This document shows positions 27,139 through 35,056 of a DNA stretch of 47,141 nucleotides, one piece after another (position 1 is the stretch's first letter; each line of letters starts with the position of its first letter). Source of the stretch: Acidobacteriota bacterium. Its GTDB lineage: Bacteria > Acidobacteriota > Polarisedimenticolia > J045. The position numbers and the translations under genes were made by a program. Where the stretch lies: the NCBI GenBank assembly GCA_027021395.1, contig JALUUK010000317.1:1-47141 (forward strand), written 5' to 3'. The notes beneath the pieces were generated by a model, which worked only from the letters and a program-made list of their open reading frames with translations, searched no databases and had not been told where the DNA came from.

Positions 27139-27639
27139 ATGAGCGAAAAACAAGAGCAATCGCTGACCGGCCAGCGAAGTGTCGGGCTCTATCGCGGCTT
27201 GGTCGCCTTGCGCATCCATCACGATCGGATGATCTGGAGTCGGGTTCAAATTCTAATCGCAGTCCAAGGAGCCATCACTGCCGGCGCGTACGCGGTGGGT
27301 GATCATCGCTTGGCAGCCGGGGCCTTTCTCGGCGGAGGTTTGCTGGCATTCGTGATCTATGAGTTGGTCACAAAAGACCAGATGGATCGGGATGTCAATC
27401 GACAAGTCATCGATGCTTTCTCCGAAGAATTCTTGCCGGATGAGGTCAAGCAGCGTCTGCAGCAACAAGGCCAAAGGCAACCGTTCGTGCGGTTGAGCGC
27501 TCCTCCGCCGAAGTGGAGGCCATTCCTACGGGGCCGCTACCTGATCAGATTGGTGATATGGGCGTTCATAGTGAGTGATCTCGTGTTGGCACTTCTGCAC
27601 ATGCTGGGTGTGGCACCCGTGCTTCTCGCCGGCAAGTGA
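27139..27639 (+). CDS. hypothetical membrane protein
   Basis: Three to four hydrophobic segments (RVQILIAVQGAITAGAYAV, AAGAFLGGGLLAFVIYELV, LIRLVIWAFIVSDLVLALLHMLGV). No recognisable motif. Confidence 0.5.
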   Translation: MSEKQEQSLTGQRSVGLYRGLVALRIHHDRMIWSRVQILIAVQGAITAGAYAVGDHRLAAGAFLGGGLLAFVIYELVTKDQMDRDVNRQVIDAFSEEFLPDEVKQRLQQQGQRQPFVRLSAPPPKWRPFLRGRYLIRLVIWAFIVSDLVLALLHMLGVAPVLLAGK

Positions 27640-27672
27640 TTCGGCGGTCTTAGTCGCACCGCAGACGAGAGT

Positions 27673-29550
27673 ATGGCCATTGCCGGACGAGATGCCCGGC
27701 AACAAGTTGAGGCGACGATGCGGAATGCACAGCACGGTCCCGAGTCGATCTTTTTTCCCCAGTCGGGAGAGTCTCGCCCGCAGAGCACGCCAGACTCCCG
27801 ACAAGCGCGCTATATCCACTGGCTGGTGAGTCTGCGCTGGTTGGCGTGTCTCGGTACCGGGGCTGCCATCCTCTTGATCTGGCTGCTTGGAAGTCTCGAA
27901 CACACCGGTCTGGTCTGGCTTACCGTGCTACTCGGCGGGCTCGTGGCAACGAATGCGCTCTACATCTACCTTCTGCGTCGCCTCACGCGGCTCGATCGTC
28001 TCGTTCAGGTCCAGATCGTCGGGGATCTCGTGATCTTGAGTCTGATGCTGCACTTCTCCGGCGGTCTAGAAAACCCCTTGAGTTTCTTGGGTGTATTTCA
28101 CATCATCATCAGTGGGATTCTGCTACCTCGCTTTCAGGCATATCAGATGTTGGCCTTGGCGATGGTCCTGATTTCGGCGTTGGCCATCGCCGAAATGCGT
28201 GGAATCATCCCCCACTACACACTCGATCTTTTTCCGCATCCCGAACTTCATGCCCCGGTGCCGGCAAGCGAACCGTCCGCCGAGTCCGCAAAAGACGGAC
28301 ATGCGGAAGAAAAACGCGAGCACGATGACGAGCGGATCGGCCACGCGGCATCAAGCCAACACGGAAAGGTGATGCATGCGTCATTGGACTCGTCATTCGT
28401 CTATTCGCAGATCTTCCGCCATTTTCTCCTTCTCTCGCTCACCTGCTTCTTTACGCTCTCCATCATGGAAAGGCTGCGCGCGGAAGAGGACAACCTGCGA
28501 GCGAGTCGGAGGCATCTCGAGCGAGTGGTTGAAACCACCGCGGTTGCGCTGGCGGTCTTCGAGAAGGATCTGTCCATCACTTGGCTCAGCCGAGCTTCCG
28601 CGGTACACGGCGGCTCCCGGGTGGCGATCGAAGATTTGCAGAAGTGGATCGGGGGTGAGGATGGTCCGGCAGCAGCGACTCTCAAAGATGCGACCCATCG
28701 TGTCGTAGAGCGCGAAGTGGTCGATCGCGAAGACGGGAAAAAATATCACTATCAGATCACGCTCGCGCCGGTGCATAGCGAGCGGGGAGTTCTCACCGAG
28801 GTCGCGCTATTGGTTCAAGACGTCACATCGAGAAAACATGCCGAAGCGGAGATCATGCACGCCGACAAAATGGGAACGCTCGGTTTTCTTGCGGCGGGGA
28901 TCGTCCACGAAGTCGGCAATCCACTGGCTTCGATTTCGACGCGACTTCAATTGATGGAAGCGAAGAAGGACGATACGAGTTTCTTGCAGCAGAGCATAGA
29001 GCCGATCCGAAAACAGATTTCCAGAATCATGCGAATCCTCCACGGGATACGCGAGTTTTCCCGACCGACACGCAGCGAATGGACCACTTGTCACATCGAG
29101 ACATTGCTCAACGAGACCCTGGATGTGTTGAGCATGCACGTGCTCGCAAAACGTTGCCGGATCGAAACGGCGATCGATCCGGATCTGCCGACGACAGCGG
29201 GTGTGCAGGACCAACTCGTTCAGCTCTTCGTCAACCTAGGGATGAATGCGCTCGATGCGATGCCCGGTGGCGGTCGCCTGCTGATCAGTGCATCGCGCGA
29301 GGGTGGAAACTTGAAGATCACTTTTGAAGATAGCGGCGGCGGAATGTCGGAGACTGTTCGTCGCCGCGTTTTCGATGCGTTCTTCACGACCAAGGAAGGA
29401 GGGCTGGGCATCGGGTTGAGCCTTTCCCGCAATCTGATCAACGCCCATGGTGGCAGCCTCGACGTAGAGAGCGAAGAGGGTGTAGGCTCACGCTTCACGG
29501 TGACACTTCCCATTCGTACAGGAGGAAGAATTGGAGAGAACCTCGCATGA
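27673..29550 (+). CDS. membrane sensor histidine kinase (NtrB/ZraS/AtoS-like)
   Basis: Polytopic N-terminal domain (LHFSGGLENPL), His-rich loop and PAS-like region. H-box GIVHEVGNPLASI, N-box LFVNLGMNALDAM, G-boxes EDSGGGM and GGLGIGLSLS. 4-nt overlap with the regulator gene. Confidence 0.9.
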   Translation: MAIAGRDARQQVEATMRNAQHGPESIFFPQSGESRPQSTPDSRQARYIHWLVSLRWLACLGTGAAILLIWLLGSLEHTGLVWLTVLLGGLVATNALYIYLLRRLTRLDRLVQVQIVGDLVILSLMLHFSGGLENPLSFLGVFHIIISGILLPRFQAYQMLALAMVLISALAIAEMRGIIPHYTLDLFPHPELHAPVPASEPSAESAKDGHAEEKREHDDERIGHAASSQHGKVMHASLDSSFVYSQIFRHFLLLSLTCFFTLSIMERLRAEEDNLRASRRHLERVVETTAVALAVFEKDLSITWLSRASAVHGGSRVAIEDLQKWIGGEDGPAAATLKDATHRVVEREVVDREDGKKYHYQITLAPVHSERGVLTEVALLVQDVTSRKHAEAEIMHADKMGTLGFLAAGIVHEVGNPLASISTRLQLMEAKKDDTSFLQQSIEPIRKQISRIMRILHGIREFSRPTRSEWTTCHIETLLNETLDVLSMHVLAKRCRIETAIDPDLPTTAGVQDQLVQLFVNLGMNALDAMPGGGRLLISASREGGNLKITFEDSGGGMSETVRRRVFDAFFTTKEGGLGIGLSLSRNLINAHGGSLDVESEEGVGSRFTVTLPIRTGGRIGENLA

Positions 29551-30908
29551 GTCGTGCACGAATATTGATCATTGACGATGAAGAGCTTTTCCGTGAAGAC
29601 TTGGCGATGTTGCTCGGAGAATCCGGCTACGATTGCCGAACGGCACCGTCGGCGGATGAAGGGTTGAAGCTTGCCATCGAGACCATGCCCGACGTGATCC
29701 TTTGCGATATCGCCATGCCGGGCAAGTCGGGAATCGAGATACTCGACGAACTGGTCGTAGGTTGCCCGAACACGCATATCGTGATGGTGACGGCTTTCGG
29801 CGCCCTCGAGACTGCGATCCAGACATTTCGCAAGGGAGCGGTCGACTACATCCTCAAGCCGCTGGTTATCGAAGACGTCCTACAAAAGCTCGATCGATTG
29901 ATTCGGGATCGCGACCTTGGCCGGGAGATCCGTTGCTTGCGTCGTTTGGTTTCCGCCGACGATGTTGCTCCTCCCATCATCGGTCGAAGCAAGCCGATGG
30001 AGAAGATCTTCTCGATGGTGGATGCCGTCGCCCCCACGAGCACGACGGTTCTGATCAGCGGAGAATCGGGTACGGGCAAGGAACTCGTTGCGCGCGCCGT
30101 TCACGCGCGCAGCTCTCGCCGCGAGCACCCTTTCGTAGCGATCAACTGCGCCGGCTTTCCGGAGAACCTGCTTGAGAGCGAACTCTTTGGGCATGTGCGC
30201 GGTGCATTCACCGGAGCGCACCAAAGCCGGGAAGGCTTCTTGGAACTTGCAGCAGACGGCACCGTCTTGCTCGATGAAGTCGGCGAGATACCCATCACCT
30301 TGCAAAGCAAGCTGCTGCGCGTTTTGGAACAGCGAGAGTTTCACCGGGTGGGAAGCAGTGCGACTCTGCCACTGCAGGCACGAGTCGTTGCGGCGAGCAA
30401 CCGAGATCTTGCCGAGATGATCAAGCAAGGAGAGTTTCGCGAGGATCTCTACTATCGGCTCGCAGTCTTCGAGATCAAGATTCCGAGTTTGCGGGAGCGC
30501 ACACAAGACATTCCTTTGCTGATCGATCATTTCATTCAGCTCTTCAACCGCGAGATGGGGAAGAAATGCCTCGGCGTGGACAACACGGCCGCGCAGATCT
30601 TGCTTGCCTACTCTTGGCCCGGAAACGTTCGGCAGCTTCGCAACGTGCTCGAAAGGGCGATGATCTTGCTCGACGGCGGCGACTTCATCACCGCCGACCT
30701 CTTACCTGAGAGCCTCGCAGGCCGTTCCCCTATGGAGAGTTCGCCGCAGACGGACAATCTCAAGGAGAGCATGCGGGTCTTCGAACTCGCCCACATTCGC
30801 CGTGTTTTGGCGTCGTGCGACGGAAACAAGGAAGAGGCATCCCGCAGGCTCGGGATCAATCCCTCGACCCTGCATCGAAAGCTAGCAGACGCCGCGGAAA
30901 ATCACTGA
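29547..30908 (+). CDS. sigma54-dependent response regulator (NtrC/ZraR family enhancer-binding protein)
   Basis: REC domain (ILIIDDE.., VILCDIAMPG). AAA+ Walker A ISGESGTGKE. ESELFGHVRGAFTGA with the GAFTGA loop. Walker B LLDEVGE. C-terminal Fis-type HTH NKEEASRRLGINPSTLHRKL. Confidence 0.95.
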   Translation: MSRARILIIDDEELFREDLAMLLGESGYDCRTAPSADEGLKLAIETMPDVILCDIAMPGKSGIEILDELVVGCPNTHIVMVTAFGALETAIQTFRKGAVDYILKPLVIEDVLQKLDRLIRDRDLGREIRCLRRLVSADDVAPPIIGRSKPMEKIFSMVDAVAPTSTTVLISGESGTGKELVARAVHARSSRREHPFVAINCAGFPENLLESELFGHVRGAFTGAHQSREGFLELAADGTVLLDEVGEIPITLQSKLLRVLEQREFHRVGSSATLPLQARVVAASNRDLAEMIKQGEFREDLYYRLAVFEIKIPSLRERTQDIPLLIDHFIQLFNREMGKKCLGVDNTAAQILLAYSWPGNVRQLRNVLERAMILLDGGDFITADLLPESLAGRSPMESSPQTDNLKESMRVFELAHIRRVLASCDGNKEEASRRLGINPSTLHRKLADAAENH

Positions 30909-31113
30909 GTTTCCGCCGCCACCCCCGATGGCAACCCTTGCATTCTTGCGAGAGACACGGGGACGACCTCCCGCACGGATGCAAGAGGTCGCCTCCAGGC
31001 TCTGCCGAAGGCCCCTTCTGAGCTATGAGAATGAGCATCTTAAGCTACTGAGTTTACGGTAGTTAGCATGATCTTGGCCCCGCCGGCCGCCATCGGCCGG
31101 GAATCAGGCTTAC

Positions 31114-31130
31114 TGGGCATGGATCCTGCA
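31114..31130 (+). promoter_or_regulatory. candidate sigma54 (-24/-12) promoter
   Basis: tGGGCAT-GGATC-CTGCA. GG at 31116-31117 and GC at 31128-31129 are in the canonical 12-nt register (consensus TGGCAC-N5-TTGCA). Lies 43 nt upstream of ATG 31173 and 206 nt downstream of the EBP gene. Confidence 0.5.
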
Positions 31131-31172
31131 ATAAGGGATGATGTCCGCGAACGTACCAAGGAGGTTGTTTCG

Positions 31173-32498
31173 ATGAATCGATCCAAGAGAAAGGCCCCGG
31201 CACCACGCACTCGAATCTGCCTGGCGCTACTGAGCGTGGGTCTGATCTTGATGCCCGCGGTCGGCGCTGAAGCGCCGACCGACGCCGAGGCACTGAAACG
31301 GGAATACGAGAAACTCGCTCGTGAAATGGAGGAACTTCGCGAAAAACTGGCCAAGATACAAAAGAGCATCGAAAAAGCGGCCGAGGAGAGAAAAGCAGCT
31401 TCGCAGAACGAGAACCGCAAGAGTGCCGATCAAGACCAAGATTTCGTCACCCGTGCCGAAGTCGACGAACTCAAGCAATTGGTAGAGCGTACGGCGACCT
31501 TCACCGAGCAGGACTCGGTCGTCCATCTCGGTGGCTACACGCATGTCGGTATCGCCAAGAGCGAAGGCGGCAACAGCAGTGCAACGGTGGGAGCATTCGC
31601 GCCCATCTTCCACTATCAGTACAAAGATCGTCTCTTGATGGAAACGGAACTCGAGGTTGAACTCGAAGAAAACGGAGACGTCAGGCTTGGACTCGAGTAC
31701 CTGTCTTTAGACCTCTTCCTCAACGACTATTTGGTGCTGGTCGTAGGAAAGTTCATGTCTCCGATCGGGCAGTTTCGCCAGAATCTCCATCCGTCGTGGA
31801 TCAACAAGCTTCCTTCAGCGCCCGTCGGCTTCGGCCACGATGGTGCGGCGCCGATTTCCGAAACGGGAGTGCAGTTGCGCGGTGGCGGGATGCTCGGATC
31901 CTTGCGCACGAACTTCGCGTTCTACGTTGCCAATGGTCCTGAAATCGGTCTCGAGCCTGTCGCCGGCCCCAGCCTCGGCCCGACCGGTCCGGAACTCGAA
32001 ATCAAGGCGGAAGGTCAAGCAATGGACGCCGACGGCAACAAGGCTTTCGGCGGCCGCATCGGTCTGCTGCCGAGTCCGAACTTCGAAGTCGGAATCTCCG
32101 CTGCGACCTCTCGCGTGCAATACGAGAGTGAAGCCGCTCGAGACTATGACGTCTTCGGCACCGACTTTTACTTCCATCCCCGTTTCCTCTCCAGCCTCGT
32201 ACTGAGAGGGGAATACATAAAGACGACGGTGGCGGAAGGTGGGATCACGGCTCCGGAGGCCATCAACTTGGAGGCCTGGTATGTGCAAGGCGCCTACCGC
32301 CTTCCCGGAAACTTCGAGTCGGTGATTCGCTATGGGAAATTCGATACCGGCGAGAGCGCCGTCACGCAGTGGATGCCTGGTATCAACTACTACATTGCCA
32401 ACCACATCATTGCGAAACTCGGATACGAATTCAACGACAGCAGGGATCCGGCAAATCAAGCCGATCGCATGCTGATGCAACTGAGCTACGGGTTCTAG
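31173..32498 (+). CDS. porin (OprO/P-like beta-barrel) with N-terminal coiled coil
   Basis: ATG 31173 after AAGGAGG. Signal peptide. Heptad-like EALKREYEKLAREMEELREKLAKIQKSIEKAAEE. GKFMSPIGQF motif. C-terminal ..LMQLSYGF. Confidence 0.7.
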   Translation: MNRSKRKAPAPRTRICLALLSVGLILMPAVGAEAPTDAEALKREYEKLAREMEELREKLAKIQKSIEKAAEERKAASQNENRKSADQDQDFVTRAEVDELKQLVERTATFTEQDSVVHLGGYTHVGIAKSEGGNSSATVGAFAPIFHYQYKDRLLMETELEVELEENGDVRLGLEYLSLDLFLNDYLVLVVGKFMSPIGQFRQNLHPSWINKLPSAPVGFGHDGAAPISETGVQLRGGGMLGSLRTNFAFYVANGPEIGLEPVAGPSLGPTGPELEIKAEGQAMDADGNKAFGGRIGLLPSPNFEVGISAATSRVQYESEAARDYDVFGTDFYFHPRFLSSLVLRGEYIKTTVAEGGITAPEAINLEAWYVQGAYRLPGNFESVIRYGKFDTGESAVTQWMPGINYYIANHIIAKLGYEFNDSRDPANQADRMLMQLSYGF

Positions 32499-32546
32499 AG
32501 CATGTGCGAAATACAGTGGAACTCGGAGACAACGGAGGACAAAGCG

Positions 32547-33254
32547 ATGAAGAAGAAGACGAGAGTTCGAATGACGGTTTCCCTCGTGGTCATTTCCGCC
32601 GTGTTGCTGGCGGTGGTGCCGACGGTTGCGACGAGTTCAGTGCAATCGTCATCGGCGCAGGCATCATCGGTTCAGCCATCAGCGGTTCAACCGTCCGAAA
32701 GCAACGAGATCGCAGATCCGGTTCAAGGCGCCACCCTTTGGGCGAATCACTGCGGTCGCTGCCACAATCACCGCAATCCCGGTGAATTCACCGAGGATGA
32801 ATGGCGGCCCGTGCTGGCACATATGCGAGTTCGTAGTGGACTGACCGGTCCGGAGACGAAAGATATTCTCGCCTACATGCAGCAAAGTCGTTGGGCCAAG
32901 TCGAAGCAATCTCAAAGCACGAAAGTCCCGCCGGTGACGAAGGCCGCGGAGAACAAACTCGCCAAGGCGATCGCCGATGCAGACGCCGACAACGGCAAAG
33001 AGATCTTCTCCAAGACTTGCTTCGCTTGTCATGGCATGGATGGAAAGGGCATGCTGCCCGGAATGCCGGATCTGACGGGAGTCGACAGTCCGTTGCTCAA
33101 ACCCGATGGCGTGCTGATGGAGAGCCTGACCAACGGTGTACAGCGCGAAGGCAGTGCTCTGGCCATGCCCCCCAAGGGCGGCAACCCGAATCTGAGCAAA
33201 GAAGACCTCTACGACGTATTGCGCTACATGATGAACGAGTTCAAACCCAAATAA
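32547..33254 (+). CDS. periplasmic dihaem c-type cytochrome
   Basis: ATG 32547 after GGAGGA. Signal peptide and Ser/Val/Gln-rich linker. Two CxxCH motifs (CGRCH, CFACH); second domain has distal ALAMPPKGG. Confidence 0.85.
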   Translation: MKKKTRVRMTVSLVVISAVLLAVVPTVATSSVQSSSAQASSVQPSAVQPSESNEIADPVQGATLWANHCGRCHNHRNPGEFTEDEWRPVLAHMRVRSGLTGPETKDILAYMQQSRWAKSKQSQSTKVPPVTKAAENKLAKAIADADADNGKEIFSKTCFACHGMDGKGMLPGMPDLTGVDSPLLKPDGVLMESLTNGVQREGSALAMPPKGGNPNLSKEDLYDVLRYMMNEFKPK

Positions 33255-33274
33255 CCTCTTCCTCATCGCCCGAT

Positions 33275-33310
33275 GGGAGCGCCACTACGGTGGCGCTCCC
33301 GACTATTTTA
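33275..33310 (+). terminator. probable rho-independent terminator
   Basis: Perfect 11-bp stem GGGAGCGCCAC-tacg-GTGGCGCTCCC, followed 5 nt later by TTTT. Lies 21 nt after the cytochrome stop. Confidence 0.6.
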
Positions 33311-33538
33311 AGTGGGTCTGCTCGGAAAAATAGCTTCATGAATGAACCGAGGATTCTCGCAGCGCTTCTTCCGATGGTCGGCGGCGTACCGGCAGATCGA
33401 CGGGTTTCTGCTGCAAGGACGAGGGATTCACCGGACATTGTCGGGCAAGGGCCATGACGAAGGCGTGAAATCCCGAGGAATCAGCGTCTACTCACGGCGA
33501 GGCGTCCTGCGGGCGGGGCGTCGGCAAGGCCTGTGCGA

Positions 33539-35020
33539 ATGAGCCCGGCGAAGGGAGAGATCGTGCGAAAAGATATCGCCGTCTTCGCGCTCGTGTCGTG
33601 CTTCTTTCTTTTCGGCGCGGCCGACGGAGCCGTGGACGAGGTCTGGGTAGTGAATCAAAATTCTCAGGATCTTGCGATCATCGATACGGCGGGAGAGGTC
33701 GTGAGCGGTCGTATCTCCCTGGGACTGGGAACGAGCGATCTTCCCTTTGCCGTCGCGTTTTCCACGGCGCCGGATGCTCAGGGCGCCTACGCCTTCGTCA
33801 CGCAGGGGCAATTCCTGCGCGTGATCGATGCCTTCAGCCGTACCGTCACACGAACTCTGAACATGGAAGACGTGCTCGGTGAGGTCTTCGAACTCCGCGG
33901 AGTGGCCGCCGGCCTGCCGATCGAGGTGCGCGACGCGCAGGGCACCGTCATTCGCTCGTTCCTGTTCGTCGGGGCGCGTCGCCAATGTTGCGATGGGAAC
34001 GCCTACTATGTGATCTTCGATCAAGAGGCACTGATCACCGGCGGGCCGGGATCGCGAGACTTGGTCGATTTTGCTCCTCTCGAGACGGGAGCTTCCACGG
34101 CGCAAAGTGTCGAGGTGATGGAAGCGCCGGGCGGTGACGAACGTTCCCGCGCGATCTTTACGGTTTATCGCGGCGCGCCCGGCGCGCCGACGCATCTGGT
34201 TGCGCACCAAGTTTTCACCGACGGGAGCGCCGCCGTTTGGCGGCACCGTGTTCTGCGCACGACGGCTGTCCCCGGAGGAACGCCGGTGTCCGACGCGATC
34301 GGCGCTTCTTCTCCGTTCCAGCGCGAAATGCAGGCCATGCCCGAAGGCGGCAGCGGAAGGATCGTCAACCTGCGCACGGGCGATTCCTGCACCATCGCGG
34401 GCGCGAACTTCGGCGCCACTTCGCTCAACGGGCCGGGACCGAATCGCCATGATTTGCTGGCGCTCGACCCGCTTGCGGGAAAGCTCTTTAGTATCGATCC
34501 GGTAGATTGCGCCGATACGCAATACACGGTGGGTGCCGAGCCTTCCGATGTGGAGCACTTGAACGTAGTGGATGGTCCGAAGGCCTACGTGTCGAATTTC
34601 GGCGACGGTAGCGTCTCGATTCTCCAAGAAGATCAAACCATCACGACGATAGAAGGAGTCGGTGATGGTCCGCGCGCTTTGGCACCTCGCCGGACCGCTC
34701 AGGCTTGCCGGATCAACAATGTGACGATCACCAAGGGAGAAGCTGATTCCAACGTGCTCAACTGGAACCAAGTGAGCTGTCCGACGGAAACTCTCTATCA
34801 GATCTGGTGCACCTGCCAAGAGCCAGGATGTCCGGTCGATTGTCAACCGCCTCTTCCACCTTCGAATCCGGAAGCCCTGACCACGACCATACAGCCTCTT
34901 CCCCCGGACGGCCCGATCGCCGAGGGGCAGTGGCTGCCGCTTGGAACCGTCGGCTGTTGCACATTCATCCATCCCGACGGTGGGTCGGCCAACATCAACT
35001 ACCTCGTCGAACCGCAGTGA
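33539..35020 (+). CDS. exported YVTN-type beta-propeller repeat protein with Cys-rich C-terminus
   Basis: Signal peptide (..KDIAVFALVSCFFLFGAADG). YVTN-like blades VWVVNQNSQDLAIIDTAGEVV, AFVTQGQFLRVIDAFS, AYVSNFGDGSVSILQ. C-terminal CPTETLYQIWCTCQEPGCPVDCQ...GCC. Start 33539 (ATG) or 33563 (GTG after GGGAGAG). Confidence 0.75.
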   Translation: MSPAKGEIVRKDIAVFALVSCFFLFGAADGAVDEVWVVNQNSQDLAIIDTAGEVVSGRISLGLGTSDLPFAVAFSTAPDAQGAYAFVTQGQFLRVIDAFSRTVTRTLNMEDVLGEVFELRGVAAGLPIEVRDAQGTVIRSFLFVGARRQCCDGNAYYVIFDQEALITGGPGSRDLVDFAPLETGASTAQSVEVMEAPGGDERSRAIFTVYRGAPGAPTHLVAHQVFTDGSAAVWRHRVLRTTAVPGGTPVSDAIGASSPFQREMQAMPEGGSGRIVNLRTGDSCTIAGANFGATSLNGPGPNRHDLLALDPLAGKLFSIDPVDCADTQYTVGAEPSDVEHLNVVDGPKAYVSNFGDGSVSILQEDQTITTIEGVGDGPRALAPRRTAQACRINNVTITKGEADSNVLNWNQVSCPTETLYQIWCTCQEPGCPVDCQPPLPPSNPEALTTTIQPLPPDGPIAEGQWLPLGTVGCCTFIHPDGGSANINYLVEPQ

Positions 35021-35056
35021 TCCCATCGCAACCTCGGAGGAACCATCGGGGGCCGC

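Noticed and set aside
30929-30942. TGGCAA-ccc-TTGCA, which looks like a sigma54 promoter just after the regulator gene
   Set aside because: The spacer is 3 nt instead of 5, so GG and GC are 10 nt apart rather than 12. Sigma54 promoters do not tolerate this. It may instead be part of an enhancer or inverted-repeat site.
31173-33254. Porin-cytochrome (Pcc-type) extracellular electron-transfer conduit
   Set aside because: The cytochrome has only two haem sites. There is no multihaem or outer-surface cytochrome partner, which is insufficient for a trans-outer-membrane wire.
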